Assembly: GCA_041650335.1 (NCBI GenBank) | Contig: JBAZLK010000004.1 | Location: 15,990 to 79,989 of the forward strand | Direction of reading: 5' to 3' | From: Patescibacteria group bacterium | Lineage (GTDB): Bacteria > Patescibacteriota > Patescibacteriia > JAHIZJ01 | Length of the DNA: 64,000 nt | Notes under the pieces: generated by a model | Seen by the model: the letters and a program-made list of their open reading frames with translations, nothing else | The model's database searches: none | Told to the model about the DNA's origin: nothing | Position numbers and translations under genes: made by a program | Shown: piece by piece, positions 56,981 to 64,000 of the stretch | Layout of the letters: the number at the start of each line of letters is the position of its first letter | Numbering within the stretch: position 1 is the first letter of the stretch

Positions 56981-59413
56981 TTAGATTAATGTTTTTTCGC
57001 CTTCGCGTCGCTTACTGCCGGCCAAGGGGAGCGTAAAGAAAAAGCTTGTCCCCTGCCCTTCGACAGATGTAAACCAGATTTTGCCGCCAGACGCGTCAAC
57101 GACTGATTTCGCCACATAGAGGCCAAGTCCCGTGCCTTCCGTTTGGAGCGTGATCACATTGTCGGCCCGGAAAAACTTCTTAAATACTTTTGACTGCTGG
57201 GCTTTTGGTATACCGACGCCGGAATCAAATATTTCAAATTGGAGATACTTACCGGCTTTCGTGATCCGCACGCCGGTCGTACCGCCTTCCGGCGTATATT
57301 TTACGGCATTAGAAAGGAGGTTTTGAAAGACCTGACGAATAAGCTTTGAGTCGATTTTAATCTTCGGCGTGCCGCCCGGCAGTGTCTTGAAAACCGTTTT
57401 GATATTCTTCTGTTTGATGAGCGGAGTCAATTCGAAGAGAACGCTTTTGACCATGCCGTCCATATCGCTGCTGACCGGCTCGATGGCGATCGTGCCGGAC
57501 TCGATCCGAGAAACATTGAGCAGGTCATTGACCAACGCGATCATCCGCTCGTTCGATTTATAGGTATGGTCAAGATACTCGTGCTGCTCGTCGTTGAGCT
57601 TGCCGGCGTCGCCATCGAGCAACATCTCCAAAAACCACTTTGAGGCCGATAACGGCGTCCGTAATTGGTGCGAGGCGACGGAGACAAATTCTGACTTCAT
57701 TTTATCAATTTCCTGTTCTTTTGTCACATCCCGGAGCACGACAACGCCTCCTTTAATGACGCCGTGCGCGTCGATCAGCGGCGCGGCCGTAATGGTGACC
57801 GGAATTTCTTTCTTTGCTTTGTTTATGATGGCGTAGTCACCGGTTCCCGTCACGATGATCTGGCCGGTTTTAATCGACTCCATGATCGGCGAATATTCTT
57901 TATTGGCATCGATGAGTTTCAGACTCTTTAAGACAATAATATTATCAAGCTGCGAACCGATGACCTCGGTATTTGCATAGCCGAGCAGTTCACTGGCCGC
58001 TTCGTTGCAGGCGATAAAGGAGAGATTTTCGTCCAATGCCAAGACGCCATCGCCGACATTCGCCAAAATTGATTCCGATTTATTTTTTTCCCGTTCAATC
58101 GAATGTTGGGCGCGTTCAAGATCTTTCACTTTTTGGCGCAACTCCTGCGTCCGCTTCGCCACCAGATCCTCCAGTTTCGTGTAATATTCCAAGAGCTTAT
58201 CTTTCATGATAATAAAGCTGTGGGTAAGATCGCCGATTTCATCGTCCCGTTCGGGCGCCTTGATGTCGATATCCAGGTTGCCACGGCTGATCCGATAGGC
58301 ATTCGCAGCCAGCTTCTTTAATGAATTTACAATCTGCCGCGTGATGATGCTCGTGACAATAAAAACGATGATCAAGGCTATTCCGCCAACAATAATATAC
58401 CGCCACTGGAGTCCCGAAATATTTTTTTGTATTTCTGATTCAACGATGCCCCGGGCAATGCTTCCAACAACCTCATTGTTGCTGTCGCGTAAAGGAATAT
58501 ACGACATTAAATACCAATCGTTCACCTCAAATGCCCGGCCTGAAAAATTATTTTGCGAGACGTAAACGGTATTGACGACGTCTTCCGAGGCGAGAGTGCC
58601 TTCGGCCGATTCGTTCCGGTCGCGATACGTTTGGGTAGTCGCAACCCGGGCGTCGTATAAATAGATGGTGGCGATGCCGCCGCTTTTTTGGGTAACGTCC
58701 TCGAGAAGCGTTACGTCATTGTTCATAAGGATGCCGCTGACGACCGCGCCAATCACCGCGTTGTCTTTCTTTATCACCGATACCGCCGTCATGAATAACC
58801 CGTCCGTTTCCGCCTTTTTATCACGCCAGCCGGTTTTCTGAAGTTCAGTCGTCCGACGAGTTACCTTCGCTTGTTCTAATAATTCTGGGCTCAGAACAGC
58901 CAGTTCGGCGCTGGGAATGACTTCAATTGATTTAACCGGGAGACCGCTCTTTATAACACCATCTACGAATCCCCTGATCGATAATTTTTTCCCTGTTTGG
59001 GCGTTCGTGCTTGCAGCCAGTATTTGCGCTTTGGTATTGACGATGGCGATGAAACTTGCGTCTCGCGCGCTCTGTTCATCGATAAGCGCTTCCTTCAGCG
59101 ACGCATACTCCGCCAGGTTACCGATGGTTGCCAGGTCAGGCTGATTGCTTAATGTTTGACTTCCATTTTTGATGGCTGTTCGCTGGGCAAAAGAATCAGT
59201 ATCAAAATAGAGTCTCTCAAGGCTATTATTAAAAATAAGGGACAATGCTTCCCCCTGCTGATTGACCCGCAGTTGTATTTCTTTTTTTAAACTCGCCGAG
59301 GTGTTTGATAGTGAAACGTAAATCAATGCTCCAAGCATAATAGTCGCTAACAGCGACACTTGGAATATCACCCGACGCGTTAAACTACTGCTAAACGGTT
59401 TCCACATATTCAT
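56981..59413 (-). CDS. Sensor histidine kinase (TM - Cache-like - TM - HAMP - PAS - HisKA - HATPase_c)
   Basis: 810 aa; two TM segments flanking ~280-aa periplasmic domain; H-box SHQLRTPL; N, G1 (DSGVGIP), G2 (GTGLGL) boxes. Confidence 0.85.
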   Translation of the reverse strand: MNMWKPFSSSLTRRVIFQVSLLATIMLGALIYVSLSNTSASLKKEIQLRVNQQGEALSLIFNNSLERLYFDTDSFAQRTAIKNGSQTLSNQPDLATIGNLAEYASLKEALIDEQSARDASFIAIVNTKAQILAASTNAQTGKKLSIRGFVDGVIKSGLPVKSIEVIPSAELAVLSPELLEQAKVTRRTTELQKTGWRDKKAETDGLFMTAVSVIKKDNAVIGAVVSGILMNNDVTLLEDVTQKSGGIATIYLYDARVATTQTYRDRNESAEGTLASEDVVNTVYVSQNNFSGRAFEVNDWYLMSYIPLRDSNNEVVGSIARGIVESEIQKNISGLQWRYIIVGGIALIIVFIVTSIITRQIVNSLKKLAANAYRISRGNLDIDIKAPERDDEIGDLTHSFIIMKDKLLEYYTKLEDLVAKRTQELRQKVKDLERAQHSIEREKNKSESILANVGDGVLALDENLSFIACNEAASELLGYANTEVIGSQLDNIIVLKSLKLIDANKEYSPIMESIKTGQIIVTGTGDYAIINKAKKEIPVTITAAPLIDAHGVIKGGVVVLRDVTKEQEIDKMKSEFVSVASHQLRTPLSASKWFLEMLLDGDAGKLNDEQHEYLDHTYKSNERMIALVNDLLNVSRIESGTIAIEPVSSDMDGMVKSVLFELTPLIKQKNIKTVFKTLPGGTPKIKIDSKLIRQVFQNLLSNAVKYTPEGGTTGVRITKAGKYLQFEIFDSGVGIPKAQQSKVFKKFFRADNVITLQTEGTGLGLYVAKSVVDASGGKIWFTSVEGQGTSFFFTLPLAGSKRREGEKTLI

Positions 59414-59709
59414 TAGGCATGAATGCCAAACCGCATGATGATCTTTTCATACCAGCGCTGCTGTTTCGACAGATTATCTTCCGAATGTAGCGTTGGCATA
59501 ATAAAAACCCACTCAGCTCGCTGGGCGGGATTACATACTCTAAACCGTTGTGAATTTCTTTTTATATTTATTTTCATATTATAATTATAGCATATCTACT
59601 GATTTTTGTCTAGCAAAAATTCGATATTCACATATTCCTGTATCTAGCCAAAAAATAATAAACCCTGTAGGATACCGATGGAGTACGACTTGCCCAAGAG
59701 GAGGTGTCC

Positions 59710-60060
59710 ATGAAACGTCTTGTCGGTCACGCGATCGCGTTCTGGACCTGTAACGCCATCGCTCTGATACTCGCTGTTTTGACTCTCTGGCACTTCATTT
59801 ACCGCTCTGACACATCCCCCACGCCCTGGCTTCTGCTGTTCGGCTGGATGGCGTTCACGGTCGTGGCAACGTTTGTTCTGCAGGAAACAGCGCAATCAAT
59901 GATCATGGGGCTTTCGTCCTCCCTCGGGTCACAGACCTTTGCGCCGCTGCTCATCTGCCTCCTCGTGCTCTTTCTCCCTGGCCTGGTCTTCTTCGGCCTG
60001 TACCATTGGGCGCGGCACGCCTACCAACAACGCACCCTGGAACATCACTCTCACGGGTAA
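59710..60060 (+). CDS. Small hypothetical membrane protein (3 TM)
   Basis: start set to ATG 59710, 7 nt after AGGAGG (59697-59702); three hydrophobic helices. Confidence 0.4.
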   Translation: MKRLVGHAIAFWTCNAIALILAVLTLWHFIYRSDTSPTPWLLLFGWMAFTVVATFVLQETAQSMIMGLSSSLGSQTFAPLLICLLVLFLPGLVFFGLYHWARHAYQQRTLEHHSHG

Positions 60061-60094
60061 ACGCGTCCCAACTATCGCTCGCGCCCTTCATCGT

Positions 60095-60122
60095 AAGCAC
60101 CCCTCTCGGTGCTTTTTGTTTT
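60095..60122 (+). terminator. Rho-independent terminator (AAGCACC-cctctc-GGTGCTT + TTTGTTTT)
   Basis: 7-bp stem, 6-nt loop, T-run; 35 nt after stop of upstream gene. Confidence 0.6.
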
Positions 60123-60171
60123 AAAAACTTCCATAATTAGGGGTTTTTCGCTTTTGTGGATAACTACCCCT

Positions 60172-60199
60172 TGACGTTCGGTTTTTGTTCGGTATAATG
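60172..60199 (+). promoter_or_regulatory. Strong sigma70-like promoter (TTGACG-16 nt-TATAAT)
   Basis: TTGACG 60172-60177, TATAAT 60194-60199; ~70 nt upstream of four-helix-bundle gene. Confidence 0.5.
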
Positions 60200-60268
60200 A
60201 AAATAGCCCGAAATTAAAAATGTAAAATTCAAAAGGAAGGAAGACGGCAAGGAACAGAAAAGCCTTTT

Positions 60269-60616
60269 ATGGCTACTGTTACTATTCATCAACGGACACT
60301 GAAATTTAGTATCACCCTTGCCCATTTTCTTCAATCGGTCACTCTGACACCGGAATCAAGAGTCGTCAGAAGCCAAGTTATGCGTTCAGGGTGTTCAATC
60401 GGGGCAAATATTGTTGAGGCGCAACACGGTGCAACAAAGAAAGAGTTCCGGCGTTATATGAGCATTGCCTTGCGCTCTGCCAGAGAAACTGAATATTGGT
60501 TGACGATATTGAGATCACTATTTCCTATCAACTATTCCCAAATAGAGAACATTAATAGAGAAAACAATGAACTTTCAAAAATTATCGCAACGATCATACT
60601 CAAGTCAAAAAGGTGA
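60269..60616 (+). CDS. Four-helix-bundle protein (23S rRNA intervening-sequence protein family)
   Basis: 115 aa; family pattern QVMRSGCSIGANIVEAQ...KKEF..YMSIALRSARETEYWL; no SD near ATG so start uncertain. Confidence 0.65.
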   Translation: MATVTIHQRTLKFSITLAHFLQSVTLTPESRVVRSQVMRSGCSIGANIVEAQHGATKKEFRRYMSIALRSARETEYWLTILRSLFPINYSQIENINRENNELSKIIATIILKSKR

Positions 60617-60655
60617 ACTGCTGTCCTTTAATTCCGTATTTTATAATTTTACATT

Positions 60656-60683
60656 TTAAATTTTGAATTATTAATTCTAAATT
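60656..60683. promoter_or_regulatory. 28-bp imperfect palindrome overlapping lexA promoter (candidate operator)
   Basis: AAATTTTGAATTAT|TTAATTCTAAATTT, 12/14 arms match; directly downstream of TATAAT (60640-60645); 13-mer TAAATTTTGAATT recurs exactly at 61431-61443. Confidence 0.3.
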
Positions 60684-60692
60684 TCCAACCAT

Positions 60693-61349
60693 ATGACCGA
60701 ACGCCTTACTAAAAAACAAAAAGAAATCCTCGACTTCGTCGTCGAGTTTATTAAGGTTAATGATTTTTCTCCTAGCTACCGAGAGATCGCCGACCACCTT
60801 GGCCTCTCCTCCCCCGCTACTATTGCCGAGCATATCCGCGGCCTGGAGGACAAAGGGTTTCTCAAGGCCGACGCCGGCAAGGCCCGTTCGCTCGAACCGA
60901 CCCGCGTGGCCCGTTTCAAAAAAGCGATTGAGTTACCCCTGGCCGGCTTGATTACGGCTGGCGCGCCGATTGAGGCGATCGAAGAGCGGGAAACGATCAC
61001 CGTCCCGGCTGAGATCGTACGCGACGAGAACTCCTACGTTTTGAAGGTTAAGGGCGAATCAATGATTGATGATGGCATTCTCGATGGCGACTTTGTGATC
61101 GTTGAGCGGAGCTTCTACCCGCGGAATGGTGACGTCGTCGTGGCCCTGCTCGACAATACGTATGCCACCTTAAAACGCTACTACCGCGAACGCGACCGCA
61201 TTCGGCTCCAGCCAGCCAACGCGAAGATGAAACCGATTTACGCGAAGAACCCGGCCATCCAGGGTATTGTCCGGGCGATTTTCCGGACGTTCGAACACAA
61301 CTGGCAGAATTATAAGACGTACACCAGAAACTTTCAGCCGGCAAAATAG
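60693..61349 (+). CDS. lexA: LexA repressor (S24 peptidase)
   Basis: N-terminal wHTH (FSPSYREIADHLGLSSPATIAEHIRGLEDKGFL), cleavage-site region (LAGLITAGAPIEA), catalytic Ser in KVKGESM and Lys in TLKR; 218 aa. Confidence 0.85.
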   Translation: MTERLTKKQKEILDFVVEFIKVNDFSPSYREIADHLGLSSPATIAEHIRGLEDKGFLKADAGKARSLEPTRVARFKKAIELPLAGLITAGAPIEAIEERETITVPAEIVRDENSYVLKVKGESMIDDGILDGDFVIVERSFYPRNGDVVVALLDNTYATLKRYYRERDRIRLQPANAKMKPIYAKNPAIQGIVRAIFRTFEHNWQNYKTYTRNFQPAK

Positions 61350-61447
61350 AACACTGAAATTAAAAATTAAGGATTCAAAATTAAAAATAAAAGAATTTTA
61401 TTTCCGGCAGATACCATAATTTTGCATTCTAAATTTTGAATTCTTTT

Positions 61448-61702
61448 ATGTACGAAAAGATAAACGAACCGGTTCACGTTCTGGCTTCCTTTGTCGGGCG
61501 GAAAATCACGCCTCATGCCTTCACCTGGGGACGGAAGCGATACACCGTGAAAAGGCTGAACCTCGTTCATACGAACCGGGTCGGCCGCGAGCTTGTTTTT
61601 TTCTTTTCCGTATCAGACAGTTCAAACACGTTCGTTCTGTCGTTTTCCCCTTCCGCGCTTGCCTGGAAATTAGAGGATCTCTACACGGACGGGTCAAATT
61701 AA
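61448..61702 (+). CDS. Hypothetical small protein downstream of lexA (84 aa)
   Basis: ORF-track start is a TTG; first ATG is 61448; moderately higher G+C than neighbours; no recognised motif. Confidence 0.3.
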   Translation: MYEKINEPVHVLASFVGRKITPHAFTWGRKRYTVKRLNLVHTNRVGRELVFFFSVSDSSNTFVLSFSPSALAWKLEDLYTDGSN

Positions 61703-62129
61703 AAGCCCGCACTCCGAAGAGCCGGGCAAGGACAGAAACGAGAGAAACAATGGAGGAGGGGGCGTCAGACGGACGGCGAAGGACAACCAGCCGAAAGGCT
61801 TTGGTCGTCAGGTGGCTTCTGACACGGTCAGTCTCCGGAAAGACTCGGGAACGGTCAGTTTCCGGAAAACGCCGCCGCGGACGGGCTGCGGGTGCGCGTC
61901 TCAGCGATGGTCCCCTATAGAACCGGAATGTAGCGTCGGTTCTCTCGGCGACGCCCTCCCTCCTCGCTCTCAGTTTTTATCCTTTCGTGGTACAGACCTT
62001 TAGAATATCATTCTCTATTAAAGTGTCAAGAAAATGTGTGGATAAAAACGCAGCCAGCGAAGGCGAGATGGGTGGCTAAAGAAAGTAAAAACCAAAAACC
62101 CACCTCCGCTGTCTCGATTCAGAATACTG

Positions 62130-62520
62130 GGACGGCTCTTTGTAAAGAAAAAGAGCCCGCTCCCAGATGGGATTGGGCCCTGCGCCTGTAACCGGTGAAG
62201 GCCGGGCGCTTGGAGTTCGGACTGAACATAGGCCATGCGCGTAAGCGCTGAACGTCCAACGGAAGGCCGTTGCGTATGAAGCTCCTGGTGGAGCCGTCCA
62301 ACACTCAGCCATGCAGCCACCTCGACCAGCAGTCCGGTCCGGCCGAGGATTTCCTCCCCCACGGAGGTGGCGGAGACGAAAGAGAGCGATGGTGTGAGAG
62401 AGAAGCGAACGTACTTACAGGGTGGAAGCGTGGATGGCGCGGTGCAGACATGAATGACGACGCGATCGGTGGCGCAGGTTCTCCCCGCTTACGAACCACT
62501 GACGGCCGTCTCCCGCGACC
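62130..62520 (+). ncRNA. rnpB: Candidate RNase P RNA (bacterial type A-like, possibly reduced)
   Basis: plus-strand motifs resembling conserved RNase P regions: GGTGAAGGCCGGGCGCTT (cf. GGAAAGUCCGGGCUCC, P4 5' strand), AGGGTGGAAGCGTGGATGGCGCGGTGC (cf. AGGGUGAAAGGGUGCGGUAAGAGCGCACC), GATGAATGAC (exact E. coli-like), CAGGTTCTCCCCGCTTACGA (cf. ACAGAACCCGGCUUAUCG, P4 3' strand); GNRA hairpin GCGC-GTAA-GCGC; boundaries approximate. Confidence 0.45.
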
Positions 62521-63027
62521 CGAGAAAAGCGCTTCCAATCCGACCAGTGTTGGCCAAGAGGTGTCGGATCAGCCTTTGGATAGACCGGCCGGAAGGCAAC
62601 AGATGTCGCACTTCCCCGGAGGCTTACCCTGACGCAAGATCTCGCTTTGGTATCAGAACCAGCTGCAGCCTTTGATGATGCGCGACAGGATCCGCCTAGA
62701 CCTCTTGCGAGATCACCCGGAGAAATCGCCATCACCTGTTCTGAATTTGGAAGGCACTTGAGAATGCCCGTCTCGGCCTTCCTGCGCACCGTAGCGAAGT
62801 TCTTCTTGAGCGCGTGGCCCAGTGCCAAGTACACCGGAGCCCGTCCTGCCGACATTCGCCGGCGTAGACAGGAGTCCGGGCTTTTACGCCTGGGCAGAAC
62901 ACGGCGCCCTCCCCGCTCCTCTCTCACACACGTGTTATCAAAAACGCAGACTTTCATACTACCACGCCCTGTTTGCCTGTCAAGAAAAGAGATTGCATAA
63001 GGTGTGGAAAGATTATTTAAATGGCTT

Positions 63028-64000
63028 ATGTTAGAACAAAATACGGATAAAATCATCCTCCATATCGACATGAACAGCTATTTCGCCTCGGTTGAGCAGC
63101 AGGCAAATCCGTTTTTGCGCGGCAAGCCGGTCGGCGTCTGCGCCTATCTGAGCGAGAATGGCTGTATTATTGCCTCGTCAATCGAAGCAAAAAAGGTCGG
63201 CATCAAAACCGGCTGCCGCGTCCGCGACGCCCGCCAGCTTTATCCAAAGGTCGTTCTGATCCAGAATGAACCGGCCAAGTATCGCTCGACGACCGAAAAG
63301 ATATTCACGATTTTAAAACGGCATACGAATGACGTTGAGCCGTACAGCATCGACGAAGCCTTCCTCGATCTGACCGGCCACGTCCCGAGCTTGTTTGAAG
63401 CCGGCCGTTTGGCGTCTCGTATTCAACACGAAATTACTACCGAGGTCGGCGAATGGTTACGTTCATCAATCGGCCTCTCCTTCACCCGCTTTCTGGCCAA
63501 GCTGGCCTCTGATTACACCGGTCCACAGAGCGTTTTATCGCTTCCAAAGGATAATCTGGTTGATTTTTACGAACGTATTTCGCTGACTGACATCTGGGGC
63601 ATTAACCATCGCCTCGAAGCGCGGCTGAACGCCCTCGGCATCTTCACGCCCGGCCAGCTGTATCGCTATCCGGTTGCTAACCTCCTGCAATCCCTAGGCA
63701 AACCCGGCTATTATCTCTGGGCCAATCTCCACGGTCTCGAACTGGGCGGCGTTCAGCGGCCCGCCGAGCCAAAATCGATCGGCCACTCATACTGTGTTCC
63801 GATCAAAACTGCCGATCCCGCCTATCACCGTAAAATTTTTATGAAGCTGTGCGAAAAAGTCGGCCGTCGCCTGCGCCAGCAAAAACGCGTCGCCCGCGGC
63901 ATTAGCGTCTATTGGAGCTACAGCACGGGCGGAGGGTTCAGCGGCCACCAAACTCTGCCGCATCCAATCGCCGACACCACTGACATCTTTCACCAGGCGG
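63028..64000 (+). CDS. dinB: DNA polymerase IV (Y-family, DinB), 5' partial - runs off window end
   Basis: MLEQNTDKIILHIDMNSYFASVEQQANPFLRGKPVGVC (cf. HIDMDAFFASVE...LRGKPVAV), SIDEAFLDLTG catalytic motif; no stop before 64000. Confidence 0.85.
   Translation, partial: MLEQNTDKIILHIDMNSYFASVEQQANPFLRGKPVGVCAYLSENGCIIASSIEAKKVGIKTGCRVRDARQLYPKVVLIQNEPAKYRSTTEKIFTILKRHTNDVEPYSIDEAFLDLTGHVPSLFEAGRLASRIQHEITTEVGEWLRSSIGLSFTRFLAKLASDYTGPQSVLSLPKDNLVDFYERISLTDIWGINHRLEARLNALGIFTPGQLYRYPVANLLQSLGKPGYYLWANLHGLELGGVQRPAEPKSIGHSYCVPIKTADPAYHRKIFMKLCEKVGRRLRQQKRVARGISVYWSYSTGGGFSGHQTLPHPIADTTDIFHQA

Noticed and set aside
59414-59703. Possible hairpin cccactcagctcgctgggcggg upstream of the histidine kinase
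   Set aside because: It is not a clean inverted repeat, and the region is better explained as a divergent AT-rich promoter region.
61464-61481. GAACCGGTTCACGTTC as a Cheo-type LexA box
   Set aside because: The spacing is GAAC-N2-GTTC, not GAAC-N4-GTTC, and it lies inside a possible coding region. It is kept only as a note in a finding.
62018-63071. ORFs 62018..62362(-), 62270..62632(+), 62415..63071(-, 218 aa) and 62647..63000(+)
   Set aside because: They lie in a GC-rich block carrying RNase P and SRP-like RNA motifs. They have no SD and have Arg/Ser/Pro-rich low-complexity translations typical of random high-GC frames.
1-64000. CRISPR arrays, IS elements/transposases, integrases, rRNA and tRNA genes
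   Set aside because: No regularly spaced direct repeats, no transposase, integrase or recombinase-like ORFs, and no rRNA-like conserved stretches were seen. The high-G+C inserts lack flanking direct repeats or an adjacent tRNA that would mark a classical integrative element.

Overview
This 64 kb window looks like a compact, low-to-moderate G+C bacterial chromosome segment. I infer a Candidate Phyla Radiation (Patescibacteria) lineage because bacterial cell-wall and translation genes sit beside an archaeal-type AMP salvage operon built around a form III RuBisCO. Genes are densely packed on both strands and recognisable by motif.

- **Cell envelope and division:** rseP, mreB-mreC-mreD-PBP2, alr-ddl-ftsQ, and an M23 peptidase.
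- **Translation and transcription:** lysS, serS, gltX, def, fmt and greA.
- **Replication and stress:** priA, ClpB, and a lexA / dinB SOS pair.
- **Other systems:** a complete AmmeMemoRadiSam triad (radical SAM, Memo-like, AMMECR1).
- **AMP salvage operon:** AMP phosphorylase, form III RuBisCO and ribose-1,5-bisphosphate isomerase. These are co-directional with a Cache/HAMP/PAS histidine kinase and two CheY-like receiver proteins.
- **Polysaccharide locus:** a large cluster of GT4 and GT2 glycosyltransferases, methyltransferases, a Wzz-like protein, an O-antigen-ligase-like protein and an FG-GAP repeat protein.

Two segments stand out. At roughly 41.8-43.2 kb and 46.6-50.2 kb the G+C content is strikingly higher than the surroundings. 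They encode only signal-peptide-bearing proteins of unknown function. The second is a three-gene operon with its own ribosome-binding sites and terminator, and its first product looks like a LysM plus C-terminal beta-barrel outer-membrane protein. Both segments sit inside the polysaccharide locus. I judge them the best candidates for an undescribed or foreign system, and the main alternative is a binning or assembly chimera.

Other notable points:

- A GC-rich non-coding block (61.7-63.0 kb) with RNase P RNA-like and SRP RNA-like motifs.
- A CIRCE operator upstream of clpB.
- A priA whose Walker A and B motifs are degenerate.
- A 41-residue extremely acidic peptide gene, not in the ORF track, with a strong Shine-Dalgarno sequence inside an ABC-transporter operon.
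- A free-standing 23S-rRNA-intervening-sequence-family four-helix-bundle gene next to lexA.

I found no CRISPR array, rRNA, convincing tRNA, transposase or integrase. All calls come from reading the sequence and translated ORFs. I ran no database searches, and G+C statements are by eye.
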